Part shown: in pieces, positions 43,878 through 53,253 of the stretch
How the letters are laid out: every line of letters starts with the position of its first letter
Position numbering within the stretch: the stretch's first letter is position 1
Assembly: GCF_035435805.1 (NCBI RefSeq)
Contig: NZ_DAOMVC010000001.1
Reading direction: 5' to 3' (one strand)
Source of the DNA: Propioniciclava sp.
Lineage (GTDB): Bacteria > Actinomycetota > Actinomycetes > Propionibacteriales > Propionibacteriaceae
DNA length: 64,000 bases
The notes under the pieces: generated by a model
What the model saw: the letters and a program-made list of their open reading frames with translations, nothing else
The model's database searches: none
What the model was told of the DNA's origin: nothing
Position numbers and translations under genes: made by a program

Positions 43878-45937
43878 GTCTACGGATTGGCGTCGACACC
43901 GGAGGGACGTTCACGGACGTCTGCGCATTCGACGAGGCAACCGGCCGCGTGCACGTCCGTAAGGTGTCCAGCACACCCGATGACCCCGGCCGGGCGATCC
44001 TGCACGGGGTCGAGGAACTGCTGGAGCAGGTCGGCGGGCGCGACATCGCCGAGGTCTCCTACTTCGCCCACGGGACGACCGTCGGGACCAACGCGCTGCT
44101 CACCGGCCGCGGGGTGACCACCGGCCTCATCACGACGAAGGGGTTCCGCGATCTGCTCGAGCTCGGCCGCGGTCGGCGCCCCGACATGTACGACCCGCAG
44201 GCCGACAAGCCCCTCCCGTTCGTGGCCCGCCGCCACCGCCTCGAGGTCACCGAGCGGGTGCGTCACACGGGTGCGATCGAGACTCCCCTGGACGAGGACG
44301 AGGTCCGCTCCGCCGTCCGGGCCCTGAAGGCTGACGGCGTCGACTCGATCGCGGTGTGCCTGCTGTACAGCTACCTGGTGCCCGACCACGAGCTCCGCAT
44401 CGGCGAGATCATCGCGGAGGAGCATCCGGACGCCTACGTCTCGCTGTCGTGTGAGGTGCTGCCCGAGTTCCGCGAATACGAACGGCTCTCCACCGTCGTC
44501 ACCAACTCCTACGTCGGCCCGGTGGTGTACCGCTACCTGGCCCGGCTGCGGGAGACGCTGGCCCGCAACGGCCTGCGCCCCGTGCCTCACGTCACGCAGT
44601 CGAACGGTGGCGTCATCCCGTTCCAGACCGCCGAGGCGATGCCGGTGCGGCTGGTGCTGTCCGGTCCGAGTACCGGGGTGGTCGGAGCTGCGGAGATCTG
44701 TAGCGCGGCCGGGTTCGCCGACATCATCACCTTCGACATGGGCGGGACGTCGAGCGACATCTCGTTGGTGCAGGGCGGCAAGCCCAAGGTCACCTCCGGC
44801 ATGGAACTGGAGGGACGCCCGCTGCGGTCTCCGATGCTCGACATCCACACCGTTGGCGCGGGTGGGGGATCGCTGGGCTGGATCGACAGCGGTCAGCACC
44901 TGCGCGTCGGCCCCCAGAGCGCTGGCGCCTTCCCCGGTCCGGCGTGCTACGGCAACGGTGACGGCGCCACCGTCACCGACGCCAACGTCGTGTTGCGGAC
45001 GCTGAACCCCGAGTACCTGCTCAACGGCCAGATGAAGATCGACCGGCAGGCCTCGATCCGGGCCGTGGAGCGCCTGGCCGCACCGCTGGGGCTGTCGGTG
45101 GAACAGGCGGCGCTGGGAATCCTGCGCGTCGTCACCGCCAACATGGCCCGGGCGATCCGGGTGGTCTCGGTCAAGCGCGGCTACGACCCGCGTGACTACG
45201 CCTTGGTCCCCTTCGGCGGTGCCGGACCGCTGCACGCCTCCCGGCTCGCCCGTGAGCTCGGCATGACCACGATCGTGGTGCCCGAGGTGCCCGGCGCGCA
45301 GTCCGCGCTGGGCCTGCTGATGACCGACATCCGCACCGACTTCATGCGCACCCAGATCACGCCCCTGACGCAGGCGGCCCTGCCGGAACTGCAACACGGC
45401 TTCGGCGTCCTGCAGGAACGCGCGCAGGCCTGGTTTGAGGAGGAAGGCGTTGCGCCGCAGGACCGCGGCGGCGTGCGTCGCCTGGAGTTGCGCTACGCCG
45501 GTCAGAACTTCGAACTCCCCGTCGACCTGCCCCAGGGATCGAACCTGGACGCCGAGGTACTGGCCGTGGTGGCCGAGGCGTTCCACGCGGCCCACGAACG
45601 GGTGTACGGCTACCGCTCACCCGAGTCGCCCATCGAGGTGGTGACCTTCCGGCTGGAGGCCAGCGGCACGACGCCCCGGGTGGAGCTGCGGCACAGCGAG
45701 CCGCTGGAGCAGGACCCCGCCCAGGCGGTGGTGGCCCACCGTGACACCTGCTTCGACCCCGCACAGGGCTACCGTCGCGTGCCCGTGTACGACCGGACGC
45801 TGCTGGGGGCCGGACAGACCATCGCCGGGCCCGCGATCATCGAGCAGATGGACACCACCACGGTGCTGCTGCCCGGGGACACCTGCACCATCGACGCGCT
45901 GAGGAACCTCGTGATCCGGATTGGAGATCCCCGATGA
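43874..45937 (+). CDS. Hydantoinase A / ATP-dependent oxoprolinase-family subunit
   Basis: IGVDTGGTFTD, HGTTVGTNALL, DMGGTSSD, GAGGGS, GPQSAGAFPGPACY. Confidence 0.92.
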   Translation: MSLRIGVDTGGTFTDVCAFDEATGRVHVRKVSSTPDDPGRAILHGVEELLEQVGGRDIAEVSYFAHGTTVGTNALLTGRGVTTGLITTKGFRDLLELGRGRRPDMYDPQADKPLPFVARRHRLEVTERVRHTGAIETPLDEDEVRSAVRALKADGVDSIAVCLLYSYLVPDHELRIGEIIAEEHPDAYVSLSCEVLPEFREYERLSTVVTNSYVGPVVYRYLARLRETLARNGLRPVPHVTQSNGGVIPFQTAEAMPVRLVLSGPSTGVVGAAEICSAAGFADIITFDMGGTSSDISLVQGGKPKVTSGMELEGRPLRSPMLDIHTVGAGGGSLGWIDSGQHLRVGPQSAGAFPGPACYGNGDGATVTDANVVLRTLNPEYLLNGQMKIDRQASIRAVERLAAPLGLSVEQAALGILRVVTANMARAIRVVSVKRGYDPRDYALVPFGGAGPLHASRLARELGMTTIVVPEVPGAQSALGLLMTDIRTDFMRTQITPLTQAALPELQHGFGVLQERAQAWFEEEGVAPQDRGGVRRLELRYAGQNFELPVDLPQGSNLDAEVLAVVAEAFHAAHERVYGYRSPESPIEVVTFRLEASGTTPRVELRHSEPLEQDPAQAVVAHRDTCFDPAQGYRRVPVYDRTLLGAGQTIAGPAIIEQMDTTTVLLPGDTCTIDALRNLVIRIGDPR

Positions 45938-47562
45938 GCACCGCCACCCGACCCCCGACGCCCGCCCTGGACCCCGTCCTGGTCGAGGTCGTCGGCTCGG
46001 CCTTCTCGACCATCGTGGAGGAGATGAGCGAGACCCTGGTCAAGGCCGCGTTCTCGCCCAACATCAAGGAGCGCCGCGACTGCACCGCCAGCCTGTTCGA
46101 CGCCCAGGGCCGGGCCGTGGCCCAGGACGAGGGCGGATCCCCGCTCCACCTGGGCTCCCTGATGGGCATCGTGGACGCCATCCGCGCCCGGATCGGTGAC
46201 GAGGGCGTCCATGCTGGGGACGTCTTCATCGGCAACGACCCCTACACCGGGGGCGGCTCGCACCTGCCCGACATCGTGTTGGCGACGCCGATCTTCGTCG
46301 ACGGCGTGCTGCACGCCTGGGCGGCCACGCTCGCCCACCACGCCGACTTCGGCGATCGCGGGCATGCGCACATCTTCCAGGAGGCGATCCGGATCCCTCC
46401 GGTGCACCTGCGGCGCGAGGGCGTCCTGCAGGAGGAACTCCTCGAGTTGATCCTGCTCAACTGCCAGATCCCGTCGGAGCGGATGGCGGACCTGCGCGCG
46501 CAGGAAGCCGCGCTGCGGGTCGCGACCGTGCGCTACGAGGAACTGATCGAGCGTTACGGTGCCGCGCAGATCGCCGCTGTCGCGGAGGAGTTGCTGGACT
46601 ACACCGAGCGCCGGACACGCGCCGCGATCGCGGCGATCCCGGATGGAACCTACGCGTTCGAGGACCTCTTCGACGCCCCGGAACTGGACGACGAACTCAC
46701 GCTGCGCGTCGCGATCGTGGTGTCCGGGGACGAGATGGCGTTCGACTTCCGCGGGAACCCCCGCCAGGTCCGGGCCAGCGTGAACGTGGTGTGGACCGGG
46801 CTGTATGCGGCCGTCTACTACACGGTCAAGACGCTGATCGATCCCGACATCGCCCCGAACGCAGGCCTCTACCGGCCCATCACCATCGAGGCCGATGAGG
46901 GGTCCATCCTGAACTGCAGCGCCCCGGCGGCGGTGAACGGTCGCAGCGAGACCTGCCAGCGGGTCGTCGACCTCATCGAGGGGGCGCTCGCCCCGGCGGT
47001 GCCCACCCGGGTCACGGCGGCCTCCAACGGCGCCAACACGGGTGTGCACTTCTCAGGCCACGACAGCGTCCGCAATCGTGACTTCGTCTACCTGGAGACC
47101 ATCGGCGGAGGGTCGGGGGCCCGGTTCAACAAGGACGGCCTCGACGGCGTCCAGGTGCACATGACCAACACGTCGAACCTGCCGGTGGAGTCGCTGGAGG
47201 CGGAGTACCCGCTCATGGTCGAGGCCTACGAGTTGCTCGACGGCTCCGGTGGGGACGGAGAGTTCCGCGGGGGCATGGGCATCCGGCGCAAGATCCGCGT
47301 CGAGGCGCCCGATGTGCACTTCTGGCTGGACACCAGCCGCCAGAAGTCGCAGCCCTGGGGGCTGTTCGGCGGCGGCTCGGGCACGTCGGCGACGTGCATC
47401 CTCAGCGAGGACGCGGCGCCGATCGATCACGGCTACACCGTTCTGCATCCCGGGCAGTCCGCGTCGATCGAGACGGCCGGGGCGGGCGGCTACGGCGATC
47501 CGTCGGGACGCAGTGAGCAGGCCCGCGAGCAGGATCGGCTCGACGGCCGGACGACCGACTGA
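45934..47562 (+). CDS. Hydantoinase B / oxoprolinase-family subunit
   Basis: AFSPNIKERRDC, NDPYTGGGSHLPD, HHADFG, MTNTSNLPVE, GAGGYGDP. Confidence 0.92.
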   Translation: MSTATRPPTPALDPVLVEVVGSAFSTIVEEMSETLVKAAFSPNIKERRDCTASLFDAQGRAVAQDEGGSPLHLGSLMGIVDAIRARIGDEGVHAGDVFIGNDPYTGGGSHLPDIVLATPIFVDGVLHAWAATLAHHADFGDRGHAHIFQEAIRIPPVHLRREGVLQEELLELILLNCQIPSERMADLRAQEAALRVATVRYEELIERYGAAQIAAVAEELLDYTERRTRAAIAAIPDGTYAFEDLFDAPELDDELTLRVAIVVSGDEMAFDFRGNPRQVRASVNVVWTGLYAAVYYTVKTLIDPDIAPNAGLYRPITIEADEGSILNCSAPAAVNGRSETCQRVVDLIEGALAPAVPTRVTAASNGANTGVHFSGHDSVRNRDFVYLETIGGGSGARFNKDGLDGVQVHMTNTSNLPVESLEAEYPLMVEAYELLDGSGGDGEFRGGMGIRRKIRVEAPDVHFWLDTSRQKSQPWGLFGGGSGTSATCILSEDAAPIDHGYTVLHPGQSASIETAGAGGYGDPSGRSEQAREQDRLDGRTTD

Positions 47563-47569
47563 ATCCCGG

Positions 47570-48628
47570 TCAGCGTGGTGCGGACGTCGATGCTCGCGCG
47601 ATGAGTTCGGCGTCCAGCACCAGGTTCGTGGGCACTTCGGCGACGTCTCGGATCTGCGCGATCAGCATGTTCATGGTGGCGGCCCCCAGCCGGTAGCGGG
47701 GCTGGTCGACGACGGTGATCGACGGTCGGACGAGCGTGGTCCACTCCTGGTCGTCGATTCCGATGAAGGAGAACGCGTCGGGCACGTCGATGCCGGCACT
47801 GGCCACGTGGCGGTAGGCGCCGAGGGTCAGCACGGAGTCGGTGCACAGCAGCGCGGTGAACGGGACGCGTCCCAGGGCGTCTGCGACCGCGCGGCTTGCC
47901 GCGTCGGCGTCGTAGGCGGAGGGGATGATGAGGGCGGGGTCGCGCTCGATCCCGTGGGCGGCGAGGGCGTCGGCGTAGCCCAGGAGGCGCTGATGGGAGG
48001 GGCGCAGAACCGTCGGGTCCTGAGCACGGAGCGCGTCGAGGCTGTCGGCGGCCTCGGTCACGATGGCGATGCGCCGGTGGCCGAGCGCCAGGAGGTGTTC
48101 CACGGCCATGCGGGCCGCCGAGCTGTGGTCGACGGAGACCAGCGGGACGTCGGCGAGGGCGGGCATGCGCCGGTCGAGGAGGACGACGGGGATGTCGTCG
48201 TCGACGAGGCTGCGCACGCTGACGGGCTCGTCCTCGAAGACGGGGGCGATGACGAACCCGTCCACCTGTTTCTCGCGCAGGACCTCGATGGAGCGCGCCT
48301 GGACGTCGCGATCGTTGTCGGTGTTGCCGAGGAGCACCTCGAAGCCGGCGGCGTGGGCCGCGTCGCTGGCGCCCCGCACGACGGCGGAGAAGAAGGGGCT
48401 GGCCACGTCGGGGATCATGACGGCGATGGTGTTGCTGCTGCCGGAGATCATCGCCTTGGCGAGGGCGTTGGGTCGGTAGCCGAGCCGCTGGGCCGCGGCG
48501 TGGACGCGTTGCTGGGTCGCCTGGCTGGCCGATCCGCGTCCGGCGAGGACTCGGGCGGCCGATGACTTGGACACGCCGGCCTCGCGGGCGACGTCGACGA
48601 TCGTGACCGCGTGGGGGCGTCGAGTCAT
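47570..48628 (-). CDS. LacI-family transcriptional regulator
   Basis: TIVDVAREAGVSKSSAARVL, GYRPNALA, SPFF; sugar-binding fold. Confidence 0.93.
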   Translation of the reverse strand: MTRRPHAVTIVDVAREAGVSKSSAARVLAGRGSASQATQQRVHAAAQRLGYRPNALAKAMISGSSNTIAVMIPDVASPFFSAVVRGASDAAHAAGFEVLLGNTDNDRDVQARSIEVLREKQVDGFVIAPVFEDEPVSVRSLVDDDIPVVLLDRRMPALADVPLVSVDHSSAARMAVEHLLALGHRRIAIVTEAADSLDALRAQDPTVLRPSHQRLLGYADALAAHGIERDPALIIPSAYDADAASRAVADALGRVPFTALLCTDSVLTLGAYRHVASAGIDVPDAFSFIGIDDQEWTTLVRPSITVVDQPRYRLGAATMNMLIAQIRDVAEVPTNLVLDAELIARASTSAPR

Positions 48629-48740
48629 TCCTGTCTCCTGTTCTTGAGCACTCGACAGAGTACTGTCTATGCCGATCACTGGGCTGTTCGCGGTATCGGG
48701 GGCCGCGGAGTTACGAGCCCGTTAAGGCCGACGGAATTCC

Positions 48741-48801
48741 TTGACACCGTTCCCAAACCTGCAGCAGAGTTCTGGGTATCGGAGGTTGGGATCGTTCCCA
48801 A
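48741..48801 (+). promoter_or_regulatory. Promoter with LacI-type operators upstream of the ABC importer operon
   Basis: TTGACACCGTTCCCAA (48741-48756) and TGGGATCGTTCCCA (48787-48800); same layout as 41899-41950. Confidence 0.8.
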
Positions 48802-48913
48802 GCCGGCCACCGGGACAACCCGGACCTACACCGCACGAGGCCGGCGACCGCCGACAAGGGTGGCGATGAAGCCACCAGGGCAGGTTTCTTGTGGAGCACC
48901 AGGAGGAGACACC

Positions 48914-50491
48914 ATGGCATCACCCATACGCCCGAGATCCCGCAGATGGGGACGCCTCGCATCGGCCTGCGTGGCCGTCGGGGCACTCCTGCTGAGTCTG
49001 GTCGCGTGTAGCCCGGCCAGCACAGGCGGGGCCACCGCGAGCACCGGAGGGACACTGCTCTACGGGCTCGACAGCGACGTCCCCAAGCTGACCACCCCCC
49101 AGAATCAGGGGTCGGCGTCCATGATCCTCAACGCCGTCCTGCACCGCGGGCTGGTGCAGTACGACGCCACCGGCGAGGTCGTTCCCGCGCTCGCCTCCTC
49201 GTGGGAGGAGGAGGCCGCGCAGACCTTCACCTTCCATCTGCGCCCCGGCCTGACGTTCCACGACGGCAGCGCCCTGACCAGTGCCGACGTCAAGGCCTCC
49301 CTGGAATACATGGCTGACCCGGCCCACTCCGCCAAGCTGTACACCGCGGCCGCCGGGATCGCCTCGATCGACACCCCCGACGACGTGACCGTCGTGGTCC
49401 GGCTGTCCGCGCCGGACGCCGCGTTCCTGTCGTTCCTGGCGGACGTGTCGGGCGCGATCCTCCCCAGCGAGACGCTCGGCCAGGCCGACCCCACCTATGT
49501 GGGCGCCGGGCCCTTCCAGTTCGTCAGCTACGAACAGGGCACGAGCTTCGTCGTGAAGGCCTTCGACGGCTACTACGACGCGGATCAGCCCAAGCTCGAC
49601 GGCATCGAATTCAAGATCATCACCGACCAGACGGCACGCGACAACGCCCTGCTCAGCGGCAGCGTCGACGCGGTCTCCTTCGTCGGCTGGAACAGCTACA
49701 ACCAGGTGAAGTCCAACTCCAACCTCGTCCTCGACAGCACCGAGGGCCCGTTCATGTACCTGGAGTTCAACACGTCCGGGACCGGACCGTTCTCCGATCC
49801 TCGCGTCCGTCAGGCCGTCGCGTACGCCGTCGACCGCCAAGCGGTGGTCGACTCCGCCCTCGCCGGCCAGGGCAAGCCGCTCAACGGCATGCCGATGCCA
49901 GAAGGCAGCGCCTACTACGACGCCGCCTACGCGGACTACTACAAGCAGGATCTCGACAAGGCGCGCGCACTGCTGGCTGAGGCCGGATACCCGAACGGGT
50001 TCACCGCCACGATGCTGTCCTCCTCGCAGTACGACTTCCACAAGAACACGGCGATCTCGGTCCAAAACGACCTGGCCAAGATCGGCATCACGCTGGAGAT
50101 GAACCTCCCCGACTGGCCGACGCGCCTGCAACTCGGGGCGGCCGGCGACTACGACATCGCCGTGTATGGAACCTCGGGCCTGACCAACGACCCGTCCTTC
50201 CTCACCCAGATGCTGACCCCCAGCGGCGCGCAGAACTCGTCCTATGGGTACGACGACGCGAAGCTGAACGACCTGCTGGCCCAGGGCCGGGCGTCCACCG
50301 ATGAGACCGCACGGCGAGCCCTCTACAACGAGGTCTCCCAGTACGTGCTCGACCAGGCCCCGATCGTGACGCTCGCGTGGCGTGCCCAGGCCTACGGCTA
50401 CAGCACGAAGGTGGCCGGTTTCAGCAACATCCCCGGCTTCCTGACGTTCGACTCCGGCTACACCCTCGCCGGCGCGTCCCTGCAGCCGTAG
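48914..50491 (+). CDS. ABC substrate-binding lipoprotein (peptide/nickel/opine, family 5)
   Basis: RBS AGGAGG; lipobox LVAC; FHLRPGLTFHDG, GAGPF, DPRVRQAVAYAVDR. Confidence 0.92.
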   Translation: MASPIRPRSRRWGRLASACVAVGALLLSLVACSPASTGGATASTGGTLLYGLDSDVPKLTTPQNQGSASMILNAVLHRGLVQYDATGEVVPALASSWEEEAAQTFTFHLRPGLTFHDGSALTSADVKASLEYMADPAHSAKLYTAAAGIASIDTPDDVTVVVRLSAPDAAFLSFLADVSGAILPSETLGQADPTYVGAGPFQFVSYEQGTSFVVKAFDGYYDADQPKLDGIEFKIITDQTARDNALLSGSVDAVSFVGWNSYNQVKSNSNLVLDSTEGPFMYLEFNTSGTGPFSDPRVRQAVAYAVDRQAVVDSALAGQGKPLNGMPMPEGSAYYDAAYADYYKQDLDKARALLAEAGYPNGFTATMLSSSQYDFHKNTAISVQNDLAKIGITLEMNLPDWPTRLQLGAAGDYDIAVYGTSGLTNDPSFLTQMLTPSGAQNSSYGYDDAKLNDLLAQGRASTDETARRALYNEVSQYVLDQAPIVTLAWRAQAYGYSTKVAGFSNIPGFLTFDSGYTLAGASLQP

Positions 50492-50549
50492 GTCCGCCCG
50501 TGTGGGGGCGGTACGCCGCCCCCACACCTGTCCCGAAAGCACCTGCTTG

Positions 50550-51497
50550 ATGGCACTCAACATTCTCAAACGACTGCTCGCCGGGGTCGTCCTGCTGTTC
50601 GTGGTGGCCACCGTGGTCTTCCTGGCGCTCCAACTGGTGCCCGGCGACCCGGCCCGCACCATCCTCACCGGCACCGGCGCCACCCCGACCGAGGCCGCGG
50701 TGCAGGCACTGCGCGAACAGCTCGGGCTGAACCTCCCGGTCTGGCAGCAATACCTCAACTACCTGAGCAACCTGGCGACCGGCTCGCTGGGCACCTCCCT
50801 GCAGAACAACCAGCCCGTGCTGAACCTCGTCGCCCAACGCCTGCCCCGGACGCTCATCCTCATCGCCACCTCGGCGGCGGTCTCACTCCTGCTCGGCGTC
50901 TCGATCGGTGCGAGCGCCGCCCGTTTCGGGGGCTGGTGGGACAAGACGGTCCTCGTCGCCACGTCTGTCGGCGTCGCCATTCCCTCCTTCGTCGCCGCGG
51001 TGCTGCTGGTCTACGTCTTCGGCGTCCAGCTCAAGGTCCTGCCCTCGGGGGGCTTCGTTCCCTTCGAGCGCGACGCCCTCGGGTTCGTCCGCAGCCTCGT
51101 GCTGCCCACGGCCGCGCTGGCGCTGGGATTCACCGGCATCATCGCCCGCATGACCCGCTCGTCCGTGCTGGGGTTGGGGCAGCGCGACTGGGTACGCACC
51201 GGACGCGCGGTCGGGCTCGGTGAAGGCACCGTCTTCCGGCGTCACATCCTGCGCAACTCGCTCTCCCCGGTGCTGACCGTCACCGGTCTGCAGATGGGGG
51301 CGATGCTCGGCGGCACGGTCATCATCGAGCGGGTCTTCAACTATCCCGGCTTGTCCGGGCTCCTCATCGACGCGGTGACCCAGCGCGACTACCCGATCGT
51401 CCAAGGCGTCGTCTTGGTGATCGCGGCCCTGTTCGTGCTGTTGAACCTGCTCGTCGACATCGCCTACGGATTCCTGGACCCGAGAGGGAAGAACTGA
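50550..51497 (+). CDS. ABC permease (DppB-like)
   Basis: PGDPA, LGLNLP..QQY, IERVFNYPG, RDYPIVQG. Confidence 0.92.
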   Translation: MALNILKRLLAGVVLLFVVATVVFLALQLVPGDPARTILTGTGATPTEAAVQALREQLGLNLPVWQQYLNYLSNLATGSLGTSLQNNQPVLNLVAQRLPRTLILIATSAAVSLLLGVSIGASAARFGGWWDKTVLVATSVGVAIPSFVAAVLLVYVFGVQLKVLPSGGFVPFERDALGFVRSLVLPTAALALGFTGIIARMTRSSVLGLGQRDWVRTGRAVGLGEGTVFRRHILRNSLSPVLTVTGLQMGAMLGGTVIIERVFNYPGLSGLLIDAVTQRDYPIVQGVVLVIAALFVLLNLLVDIAYGFLDPRGKN

Positions 51498-52420
51498 TGA
51501 CGCCGATGCGATCCTTCCTCTCCGAACTCCGCCGTCCCGGACCCGGGCTGGCCGCAGGATTCCTGGTCATCCTCGTCGTGGTGGCTGTGCTGGCCACCCT
51601 GATCGCGCCCTACGACCCCATCGCCCAAAGCGACGTCCGGCTCGCCGGCCCGTCGGCCGTGCACTGGCTGGGGACCGACCAGTTCGGCCGCGACACGTTC
51701 TCCCGCCTGATCGTCGGTTCGCGCATCGACTTGTTCGTCTCGGTGGGGGCGACCATCCTGGCCGCCGTCCTCGGCGTCCTGGTGGGCCTCGTCGGCGGCG
51801 CCTCCCGCGGCATCGTCGGCCTGCTATCGATGCGGGGCGTCGAAGTGATTCTCGCCTTCCCGCCCGTCGTGTTCGCCCTGCTGATCGTCACGTTGTTCGG
51901 CCAAGGCGAGCTGACCTTGATCATCACCATGGGCATCCTGTTCGCGCCCGCCTTCGCCCGCGTGGTCTACGGCGAGGTGCTCACCATCCGCAACCTGGAG
52001 TACGTCCAAGCCAGCCAAGTGATCGGCAGCCGTCCCGCACGCATCCTGTTCCGGGTGATGCTGCCCGGCGTCGTCCCGCCCGTCCTCGTGCAGGCCTCCC
52101 TGACGCTGGCCTCCACGATGCTGTTGGCCTCCGGGCTCAGCTTCCTGGGGCTGGGCGTGCTGCCACCCACCCCCTCCTGGGGGTCGATGATCGCCGAGGG
52201 GCAGGCGCTGATGATGACCACGCCGCTGTTGCTGTTCGTCAGCTCGGGCGTCATCGTGGCGACCATCCTGGCCTTCTCCGTCCTTGCCGACGCCCTCGAA
52301 CGGGCCCTCGACCCGCGTCGCCGCAACCGCATCCTGCGGGCCGTGCGCGGCGCCACCAACACCCCGGAGCCGCAGGTCTCCGGCGCGTCACCTGACATCG
52401 CAGGGAAGGAACTTGGATGA
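51497..52420 (+). CDS. ABC permease (DppC-like)
   Basis: HWLGTDQFGRD, LSFLGLGV.PPTPSWGSMI. Confidence 0.92.
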   Translation: MTPMRSFLSELRRPGPGLAAGFLVILVVVAVLATLIAPYDPIAQSDVRLAGPSAVHWLGTDQFGRDTFSRLIVGSRIDLFVSVGATILAAVLGVLVGLVGGASRGIVGLLSMRGVEVILAFPPVVFALLIVTLFGQGELTLIITMGILFAPAFARVVYGEVLTIRNLEYVQASQVIGSRPARILFRVMLPGVVPPVLVQASLTLASTMLLASGLSFLGLGVLPPTPSWGSMIAEGQALMMTTPLLLFVSSGVIVATILAFSVLADALERALDPRRRNRILRAVRGATNTPEPQVSGASPDIAGKELG

Positions 52421-53253
52421 GGTTTTGCGCACACAGCCAGATGTTCGTCGATGACATCGCCGAGGACGTGGACGGAGTATTCGACACAGTCTCCGGCTTC
52501 GGGCTGGACGCGATCGAGATCAACACCCCCGACGCGGCGCTCTTTCCCCGGGAGGCGGTGCGCCGCGCGGCCACACGCACGGGCCTGGAGGTGGTGCTGG
52601 GCACCGCGTTGTCGCTCGACAAGTCGACCATCTCCGACGACGCCGCCGTCCGGCGGCGGGGCGTGGAGCACCTGCTGGGCTGCATCGACATCGCGGCCAG
52701 CCTGGGAGGCACGCGCGTGAGCGGCGGCATCCATTCGGCCAACGGCACCTTCGTGGGACGCGGACGCACCGAGGCCGAGTGGGAACGCTCGGTCCTCGCC
52801 CTGCGTGAGGTGGCCCCCGCGGCCGAAGCCGCGGACGTGGCGCTCACCGTCGAGCCGGTCAGCCGCTACTCCGGCTACTTCCTCAACACCGCCGATGACG
52901 CCATCGCGCTCGTGGACGCCGTGGGCTCCAGCCACGTCCGCGTCCAGTTGGACACGTACCACATGAACATTGAGGAGGACGACACTCCGGCGGCCATCCG
53001 TCGGGTGGGCGACCGGCTGGCTCACTTCCATGCCGTGGAGAACAACCGGGGCATCCCGGGGACGGGACAGGTGCCCTGGCCGGCGGTCTTCGCCGCGCTG
53101 AACGAGATCGGCTACACCGGGCTCATCGGGTTCGAGCACTTCCCCCTCGAACTTGAGCGGATGGCCGTCCGGACCCACACCTGGCGGGCGATCGCCTCGT
53201 CCGAGGAGGTCGTGGTGACGGGACCCGAACTGTTGCGCCTGGCGGCGCGATGA
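52417..53253 (+). CDS. Ketose 3-epimerase-like TIM barrel (D-psicose/D-tagatose/FrlC family)
   Basis: VEPVSRY, LDTYHMNIEE, HFHAVENNRGIPGTG, GFE. Confidence 0.82.
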   Translation: MRFCAHSQMFVDDIAEDVDGVFDTVSGFGLDAIEINTPDAALFPREAVRRAATRTGLEVVLGTALSLDKSTISDDAAVRRRGVEHLLGCIDIAASLGGTRVSGGIHSANGTFVGRGRTEAEWERSVLALREVAPAAEAADVALTVEPVSRYSGYFLNTADDAIALVDAVGSSHVRVQLDTYHMNIEEDDTPAAIRRVGDRLAHFHAVENNRGIPGTGQVPWPAVFAALNEIGYTGLIGFEHFPLELERMAVRTHTWRAIASSEEVVVTGPELLRLAAR

